Positions 58,307 to 64,000 of a stretch of DNA of 64,000 bases are shown here, piece after piece. Made by a program: the position numbers and the translations under genes. Every line of letters begins with the position of its first letter. Position 1 is the stretch's first letter. This DNA comes from an uncultured Bacteriovoracaceae bacterium. Lineage in GTDB: Bacteria > Bdellovibrionota > UBA1018 > UBA923. The stretch is taken from assembly GCA_964572865.1 (NCBI GenBank), contig CAZNGN010000008.1, forward strand, positions 31,561 through 95,560. Reading direction: 5' to 3'. The notes below the pieces were generated by a model, which did not search any database, was not told the DNA's origin, and saw nothing but the letters and a program-made list of their open reading frames with translations.

Positions 58307-59388
58307 AATGCTCCCTCCAGAGATTCAATTACCGTATGCGTAGGCGCATCGATCAAACGATTGAAATTTTCAATCGCTTGAGAAGCTGCACCTTTCAATA
58401 AATTGTCTATCAGTGAAAATGCGTACAGTTTATTGCCATCCGTTTTGAAAGCAATGTGTGTACGAGCAGAGCCCACTACTTTTTTAAGTAATAAGCTTTG
58501 TCTTTCGTTTTCATTGTTTAAACTTGTAATTTTTACGAGCGGATAATCTTTATATGCCGCTGTAAAAATGCTCTCGATTTGTTTTTGATTTTCTAAATCG
58601 CTTCCCATTGAAAAGCGTGGATTTAATTTACAAAAAATTGAACTAATAATTCCACGTCGAGTTGGAATTAAGTTTGTCGTAAAAAATGGATTGATTTGAA
58701 CAGCTGAAAATTCATGCACATATTTTTGAATTTCAGGTAAATGCTGATGCTTTGCGATTCGATAAGGCAGACACTCGCCGTCTACTTCGCTGAATAAGAG
58801 ATTTTCTTGCGCTTTTTTACCTGCACCGGTGGTTCCAGACTTAGCGTCTATAACGATAGACTCAGGATCAATCGCTGCTGATTTTAAAAGCGGAATTAAA
58901 GCCATGAGAACAGAAGTAGCATAACAACCTGGATTGCTAATCAATGTCGGTGCTTTCGTAGAAGGCTGTGCCCAAGGTGACAAACCATAGGTTGCTTTTT
59001 GAAGCAACTCAGGTGATGTGTGTTTAAGTTTATAAGTATTTTCAAAATTATCTTTTTCGAGTCTGTATGCGCCCGAAAGATCAATTACGTTTAAACCTTT
59101 TTTCAAAAGATGAGGAGCTAGTTCTAGTGAGGTTTCAGTGGGAGTAGCTAGAAATGCAGTGTGAATTATTTTTGTTTGAAGAAAAGAATCCAAATTTTTC
59201 TGATCGATTGCTGTTACATTTTTCGAAGAATTTTCAGGTAAATAATCAGATAAATTCCAATTTGAATCGGTAGCAATGCATGCCTCTAATTTTGCATTCG
59301 GATGCTTTAAAAGAATGCGAGCAAGATCAAGTCCTGAGTAACCTCTTGCGCCTATTATAATGACAGAGTGCTTTGGATGTTCATGCAT
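58303..59388 (-). CDS. argC: N-acetyl-gamma-glutamyl-phosphate reductase ArgC
   Basis: IIGARGYSGLDLARIL NAD-binding N-terminus. Catalytic Cys region (PGCYATS). Confidence 0.85.
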   Translation of the reverse strand: MHEHPKHSVIIIGARGYSGLDLARILLKHPNAKLEACIATDSNWNLSDYLPENSSKNVTAIDQKNLDSFLQTKIIHTAFLATPTETSLELAPHLLKKGLNVIDLSGAYRLEKDNFENTYKLKHTSPELLQKATYGLSPWAQPSTKAPTLISNPGCYATSVLMALIPLLKSAAIDPESIVIDAKSGTTGAGKKAQENLLFSEVDGECLPYRIAKHQHLPEIQKYVHEFSAVQINPFFTTNLIPTRRGIISSIFCKLNPRFSMGSDLENQKQIESIFTAAYKDYPLVKITSLNNENERQSLLLKKVVGSARTHIAFKTDGNKLYAFSLIDNLLKGAASQAIENFNRLIDAPTHTVIESLEGAL

Positions 59389-59397
59389 ATAACTGCG

Positions 59398-59469
59398 ATT
59401 ATGAACGCATAATTATGAATGTCAAATTATTTTTAATGGAATAAACTGTTCTCATTGCATAAATATGCA
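59398..59469 (-). promoter_or_regulatory. Candidate ArgR operator (ARG-box-like palindromes) in the argC upstream region
   Basis: TGCATAAATATGCA (59456-59469) is a perfect 5+4+5 palindrome of ARG-box architecture (consensus TGAAT-WWWW-ATTCA). Additional TTATGAA(C/T) half-sites lie at 59398-59420. Confidence 0.3.
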
Positions 59470-59474
59470 TATTT

Positions 59475-59978
59475 TTAAGTTTTCGGTGAAAGTAGGTCTT
59501 CTAGAAAAAATGCTGATAATTCGGCTCGTCCCGCAAGGCCTGATTTTTGGTAAATGGTAAGCGATTGTTGTCTAGAAGTGCGCTCACTAGTGCTGCGAAT
59601 GTCAGCGATTTCTTTTAAACTCAAACCTTTCAGTAAGAGATAGGTCACTTCTTTTTCTGCTGCTGTTAAATTCCATCTCGTTAATTGTTCATCAATTGCT
59701 TTTGAGAGACCTTCGATGAATTTGGCAGATTCAGCTTTCCATTTGAGCGATTCCGTTTTGATTTTGTCTATATCTACCTGTAATTCTCGATTTTTTTCGC
59801 GAACATCAGCATATTTTTTCCAAATAAAAATAGAACCTAAAACTGAAATGGTAACCATAAGGCCTTCGAGAATCATATGTACAATTGAGCCACCTGCACG
59901 GTAATCATTTAAGATGTCGATGATACCGATAACTGCAATGACCAATAAAACTATGATAGTTACAATTCGTTCTTTCAT
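59475..59978 (-). CDS. Membrane-anchored LuxR/FixJ-type HTH transcriptional regulator (two transmembrane helices plus a C-terminal HTH)
   Basis: Two N-terminal hydrophobic helices. The C-terminal LTAAEKEVTYLLLKGLSLKEIADIRSTSERT is a LuxR-type HTH. Confidence 0.6.
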   Translation of the reverse strand: MKERIVTIIVLLVIAVIGIIDILNDYRAGGSIVHMILEGLMVTISVLGSIFIWKKYADVREKNRELQVDIDKIKTESLKWKAESAKFIEGLSKAIDEQLTRWNLTAAEKEVTYLLLKGLSLKEIADIRSTSERTSRQQSLTIYQKSGLAGRAELSAFFLEDLLSPKT

Positions 59979-59989
59979 AACTTGAAGAA

Positions 59990-62647
59990 TTATAATCCGC
60001 TTTGGATTGCTTGAAAAACTTCGTCGAATTTAAAGTTTTTGCCACCAGCTTGAGCAAGATCTGGTTTGCCGCCACCGGTGCCTTCTAATATTGGAGCAAC
60101 TTTTTTCACTATGTCGCCTGCGTGAACTTGAGTGCTTAAATCTTTCGTAACCGCTACCAATAACGATGAAACATTTTTGGACTTATCTTTTGCAGCCAAT
60201 GCAATGACTGATTTATTCACTTTAGAGCGTATTAAATCAGCAAGGTCGCGCAACACTTTTGCAGGAGCATCGCCTTCGTTAATGTCAACAATGGCTTTAA
60301 TGAAAGATCCAGAGTTTGTTTTAGCCGCAGATTGAATCCAAGAATCTACATCACCAGCCATTGATTTGCGTGATTGAGCTTCGAGTGACTTGCGTAAATC
60401 TTTTTCAGCGGCTTGAAGTTTTTCAATTTTAATTGGTAACTCATCGGCAGCTGAGGCTTTCATCATCTGCATTAAACGGTCAATCAATGCATCTTTTTCA
60501 CGAAGTTGCTCAACAACTGCAGGTCCTGTAATTGCTGTGATACGACGAACGCCAGCTGCAATTCCGTTTTCATTTAAAATTTTAAAGCTTTGAATGTCAG
60601 AGGTGTTATCTACGTGAGTGCCGCCACAAAACTCGACAGATTCACCGACAGATACAACGCGAACTTTTGCACCATATTTATCACCAAAGAAAGCAATCGC
60701 ACCTTTGGCCATCGCTTTGTCTTTATCCATTTCTTCTTTTGAAACAGATTGTTGTAAAAGAATTTTTTCATTGATTTCGTTTTCAATTTTTTTCATTTCG
60801 TCATCAGTCAGTGGTTTTGTGTGATTGAAATCAAATCGTAATAAATCAGGAGTCACAAGAGATCCTGCTTGCTTAACGTGATTTCCTAAATATTTTCTCA
60901 ATGCATGATGGAGCAGGTGAGTGGCAGTATGGTTTTTAGCAGTAAGTTTTCGTTTTTTCACATCAGTAAGTTGGGTTACAGTAGCGCCTACTTTTAAAGA
61001 ACCTTGTGCCATGTCCACTCTGATGACAACTAAATCGCCCATTGGTTTTTGTACATCGATTGCACGAGCTTTAAATTCGGAAGATTGTGCTGAACCTAAG
61101 CGCACTTCGCCGTGATCACCCACTTGTCCGCCTGACTCTGCGTAAAATGGAGTAGAATCTACAACAATTTCAAATGATCCGGTAGAAGAGCGGTCCACTA
61201 ATTTTCCTTCTTCGATGATTGCTAAAACTTTTCCTTGGCCTTCTAAAGAAATGTAGCCAGTGAAAGTAGTTTTCAATCCTTTTTGATGAAGCTCTTTATA
61301 AATTTCATCAACGGCTTGTTCGCCCGAACCTTTCCAGTTTTCGCGAGAGCGTTCACGTTGAGCTTCCATTGATTTTGTGAAACCTTCTTCATCTACTGAG
61401 AAACCTTTTTCACGAGCTATCACTTGGGTTAGATCTAACGGAAATCCAAACGTGTCATATAATTTGAATGCTGTTTCGCCTGTGATTTTTTTGTTTTTAG
61501 AAGTGCTGCCCATAGAATCTTCTAAAACTTTTAATCCGTTTTCAAGTGTGATTAAGAATCGTTCTTCTTCTAGTTTAATTGAAGTTTCTAAGAACTCGCG
61601 TTTGTCTTTAATTTCTGGATACGCTCCACCCATTAATTTAATGAGTGACTCAGAGACCTTGTAGAAAAACGGATCACGAAATCCTAAATTACGTCCGTGA
61701 CGAATTGCTCGTCTCATAATTCTGCGTAAAACATAACCGCGTCCTTCGTTTGAGGGAAGCACGCCATCGGCTATCAAGAAGTTAGTAGCGCGCGCATGGT
61801 CTGCAATCACTCGTAAAGAAATATCGGTATCTTTTGATTTACCATATGAAACTTTTGCAAGTTTTGCGATATCCGAAATCAATGCTTGAAATAAATCTGT
61901 ATCATAATTTGTATCAACCGATTGAATGACAGAAGCTAGGCGCTCTAATCCCATACCTGTATCAATCGATGGTTTAGGGAGTGGAGTTAAGTTGCCTGAT
62001 TTATCGCGGTTGAATTGCATGAAAACTAAATTCCAAATTTCCATGAATCGATCGCCTTCAGAGCCTACAGTTTCATTTGGATCGCCATTTGAATATTTCA
62101 CCCCGCGGTCTACGAAAATTTCAGAACACGGTCCACAGGGACCAGTATCGCCCATTGCCCAGAAGTTGTCTTTTTCTCCAAAACGAAAAATTCTTTCGCG
62201 AGGAACTCCTTCTTGTTTATGCCAAATATCTGCTGCTTCATCGTCGTCTTTGTAAACAGTTACGTATAAAACATTTTTATCGAGTCCAATGGTTTTGGTG
62301 ATGAATTCCCAAGCAAAGTGAATCGCGTCTTTTTTAAAGTAGTCGCCGAAAGAAAAGTTACCAAGCATTTCAAAAAAAGTATGGTGACGAGCTGTGTATC
62401 CAACATTTTCAAGGTCATTGTGTTTTCCGCCAGCACGCACGCATTTTTGAGAAGTAGTAGCACGTTTATACGAACGAGGGTCTGATCCTAAAAATACATC
62501 TTTGAATTGATTCATTCCCGCATTTGTAAAAAGTAAAGTTGGATCGTTGTGAGGAACTAAACTTGAAGATTCAACAATTTGGTGACCATTTTTTTCAAAA
62601 TATTTTAAGAATTCAGTACGAAGCTGAGTAGCAGTTTTGTTTGCCAT
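59990..62647 (-). CDS. alaS: Alanine--tRNA ligase
   Basis: 885 aa. Class II motifs (FTNAGMNQFK), the editing-domain HxxxH...CGG zinc motif, and a C-terminal DHHA1 region. Confidence 0.95.
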   Translation of the reverse strand: MANKTATQLRTEFLKYFEKNGHQIVESSSLVPHNDPTLLFTNAGMNQFKDVFLGSDPRSYKRATTSQKCVRAGGKHNDLENVGYTARHHTFFEMLGNFSFGDYFKKDAIHFAWEFITKTIGLDKNVLYVTVYKDDDEAADIWHKQEGVPRERIFRFGEKDNFWAMGDTGPCGPCSEIFVDRGVKYSNGDPNETVGSEGDRFMEIWNLVFMQFNRDKSGNLTPLPKPSIDTGMGLERLASVIQSVDTNYDTDLFQALISDIAKLAKVSYGKSKDTDISLRVIADHARATNFLIADGVLPSNEGRGYVLRRIMRRAIRHGRNLGFRDPFFYKVSESLIKLMGGAYPEIKDKREFLETSIKLEEERFLITLENGLKVLEDSMGSTSKNKKITGETAFKLYDTFGFPLDLTQVIAREKGFSVDEEGFTKSMEAQRERSRENWKGSGEQAVDEIYKELHQKGLKTTFTGYISLEGQGKVLAIIEEGKLVDRSSTGSFEIVVDSTPFYAESGGQVGDHGEVRLGSAQSSEFKARAIDVQKPMGDLVVIRVDMAQGSLKVGATVTQLTDVKKRKLTAKNHTATHLLHHALRKYLGNHVKQAGSLVTPDLLRFDFNHTKPLTDDEMKKIENEINEKILLQQSVSKEEMDKDKAMAKGAIAFFGDKYGAKVRVVSVGESVEFCGGTHVDNTSDIQSFKILNENGIAAGVRRITAITGPAVVEQLREKDALIDRLMQMMKASAADELPIKIEKLQAAEKDLRKSLEAQSRKSMAGDVDSWIQSAAKTNSGSFIKAIVDINEGDAPAKVLRDLADLIRSKVNKSVIALAAKDKSKNVSSLLVAVTKDLSTQVHAGDIVKKVAPILEGTGGGKPDLAQAGGKNFKFDEVFQAIQSGL

Positions 62648-62670
62648 AGTGAGTTTGAATTTCTCACAAA

Positions 62671-63117
62671 TTAGTCTTTAAGAACAGAGAGTTTTTTTAC
62701 TACTTCATCTCTTGTGTATTGCACAATTTCTTCATAACCCATGGCTTTTTTATCTTTTGGACATAAAAATTCGGTTTGATTTGCATTTCTTAAAATTTGA
62801 GCACTTAGTTTTGCAATTGATAATAATTTAAAGCTCTCTTTATTAGGAAGAGCATCATAAGCTGTATAAACTAAGTTAAGTAATTCTGATTTGTCACATC
62901 CTCCGCTATATCCATATTGAAATGAGTCGTGAATAAATCTAGCTTGTGCAATTAGATCGCCCTTAGTGTCGTCTAATAAATCTAAAATTTGATGTCTTTC
63001 GTGGCGTTTGATTCCACCAGAAGATTTTTTAGAAGAATAAGCTTCAATACAATCGGCGCTTACATGAGTTGCGCTGAATGCTATTAAAAGTGAGAATAGG
63101 GTTAAAATCTTATTCAT
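62671..63117 (-). CDS. Small secreted hypothetical protein, 148 aa
   Basis: Signal peptide (…SATHVSA). Two Cys pairs. No family recognised. Confidence 0.4.
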   Translation of the reverse strand: MNKILTLFSLLIAFSATHVSADCIEAYSSKKSSGGIKRHERHQILDLLDDTKGDLIAQARFIHDSFQYGYSGGCDKSELLNLVYTAYDALPNKESFKLLSIAKLSAQILRNANQTEFLCPKDKKAMGYEEIVQYTRDEVVKKLSVLKD

Positions 63118-63169
63118 ATGGTCGGGTAATATACACTAATTATTGTATTGCGTCAATTTTTATTGATTC

Positions 63170-63198
63170 TTGCATTAGTTTTATAAATATTTAATAAT
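63170..63198 (+). promoter_or_regulatory. Candidate sigma70 promoter: TTGCAT, 17 nt, AATAAT, followed by GGAGG and ATG at 63221
   Basis: Hexamers and spacing read directly. The position fits the downstream partial gene. Confidence 0.3.
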
Positions 63199-63220
63199 AT
63201 TGGTAAAATTGGAGGATTCA

Positions 63221-64000
63221 ATGGTTAAGGCCCTTATATTATTTGTTACATTATTGATAAATACAGCATTTGCAGGATCAGATGAGTCAGAAAATGTAAA
63301 ATTAGAGTTAGCCAATAAAGTGAACTTTTTTAATTATGCTAGAACTCAATCGGGCACTTTACGTTTTAAGTATGAATCAAAGTATTTAAATGACATTCAA
63401 TCTGGATTAATTTCTCCAAATGTAACATATGATTTTTCTGAAGATGTTTCAGTTAATACTTATCGAATTGGGTATGAAAGAAAAATAACAGATTTTGTAT
63501 CTTTAGATGGATCAATTGGAATGTCGAACCAAAATTATTCATCTGCTGGAAGACTATATATCAAAGGCGCAAAAGCACCTGATTTTAATAAAATTAATTC
63601 CAGTTTTGATGGAATTAGTGAAATAAAAATTGAACCCAAATTTCATGCATATAGAGAACCAGTAGATTTATTTGCAGGCCTTCCTATTAGCTATTTTTTT
63701 ACTAAATATACTTTTTCGACTGGTGCAAGTATTTCAGACTTTGAGGTGAATCGATATACAGTAAATCCTTACGTTGGAATTTCTAAAAAGCTTGGAATTA
63801 GTATGTTAGGTGCTAAATTCAGCTATTTATTTAGAGGTAGTCGTAAGGTTTCAGTAAAAAATGGAAGCGATTATACGTTAACCAAAGGTAACTCATTATT
63901 AGGAGAAGTGTTCTATGAAGCGCATTTCAATAATCATTGGGTTGCGGGTGTGAGCACAGGTTATTTTAAACCATTTAATTATTCTGTTTCATCAGTAAAT
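63221..64000 (+). CDS. Secreted protein, probably an outer-membrane beta-barrel; partial, with the C-terminus beyond the window end
   Basis: GGAGG RBS 5 nt upstream. Signal peptide MVKALILFVTLLINTAFA. The open frame reaches the window end with alternating amphipathic beta-strand-like segments rich in Y/F/G. Confidence 0.5.
   Translation, partial: MVKALILFVTLLINTAFAGSDESENVKLELANKVNFFNYARTQSGTLRFKYESKYLNDIQSGLISPNVTYDFSEDVSVNTYRIGYERKITDFVSLDGSIGMSNQNYSSAGRLYIKGAKAPDFNKINSSFDGISEIKIEPKFHAYREPVDLFAGLPISYFFTKYTFSTGASISDFEVNRYTVNPYVGISKKLGISMLGAKFSYLFRGSRKVSVKNGSDYTLTKGNSLLGEVFYEAHFNNHWVAGVSTGYFKPFNYSVSSVN

Noticed and set aside
60132-62463. Several 60-110-aa ORFs on the plus strand inside alaS, and similar antisense ORFs inside rho, prfA, murA, argJ, the cytochrome fusion, the ABC SBP, the POT transporter and others
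   Set aside because: They sit entirely within, and antisense to, well-supported long genes. They have no RBS or recognisable domains.
1-64000. Search for CRISPR arrays, transposases, integrases, phage structural genes, rRNA and tRNA
   Set aside because: No direct-repeat/spacer arrays, DDE-transposase or tyrosine-recombinase motifs, or conserved rRNA and tRNA sequence blocks were recognised. The window appears to be core chromosome with surface-protein and glycan islands.

Overview
This is 64 kb of low-GC (about one-third G+C by eye) Gram-negative chromosomal DNA, densely packed with genes. Envelope genes (Pal, CpoB/YbgF, LolA, many lipoproteins, DUF1566 and DUF3494 surface proteins) are consistent with a Bdellovibrio-like or Bacteriovoracaceae-type organism, but that assignment is inference only. 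All gene calls come from reading the six-frame translations and motifs by eye; no database search was possible.

Recognisable housekeeping blocks, in order:
- A complete molybdopterin-cofactor operon, moaA, a moaC-mogA/moaB fusion, a MOT1-type molybdate permease, moeA, moaD and moaE, with moeB convergent. It is followed by a POT peptide transporter.
- An island of large secreted and surface proteins at 12.3-17.8 kb.
- Two glycan-biosynthesis clusters, at 17.8-23.6 kb and 38.2-45.0 kb.
- nadA, lolA, yajQ, rimO, mltG, rho, a DUF1385 gene, prfA-prmC, an MFS transporter and murA.
- tsaD, then a pal-DUF4398-cpoB envelope operon carrying a phosphoesterase/tetraheme cytochrome fusion, an atoE-like transporter, ssb, an Rsm22-like methyltransferase and an HD-GYP protein.
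- An oligopeptide ABC substrate-binding protein, an argC-argJ-argB-argR operon, a membrane-anchored LuxR-type regulator and alaS.

Partial genes run off both window ends: a polytopic permease at the left (minus strand) and an outer-membrane-like protein at the right (plus strand). I found no rRNA, tRNA, CRISPR array, transposase or integrase.

Most worth a second look:
1. A Shine-Dalgarno-equipped 16-codon poly-lysine micro-ORF, followed by a hairpin and a textbook intrinsic terminator, lying about 35 nt upstream of a GNAT acetyltransferase gene. This is a candidate leader-peptide attenuator or a tiny polycationic peptide gene.
2. A MOT1-family (eukaryote-type) molybdate transporter embedded in the Moco operon.
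3. A signal-peptide-bearing small protein rich in Cys, His and Lys, resembling a periplasmic metallothionein.
4. A degenerate metallophosphoesterase fused to a tetraheme cytochrome c, sitting inside the pal-cpoB operon.
5. A surface-protein island of a 982-aa Asn/Ser/Thr-rich secreted protein plus a Cys-capped-repeat DUF1566 lipoprotein.
6. A tandem Pro/Thr-repeat linker in a DUF3494 (ice-binding-like) lipoprotein.
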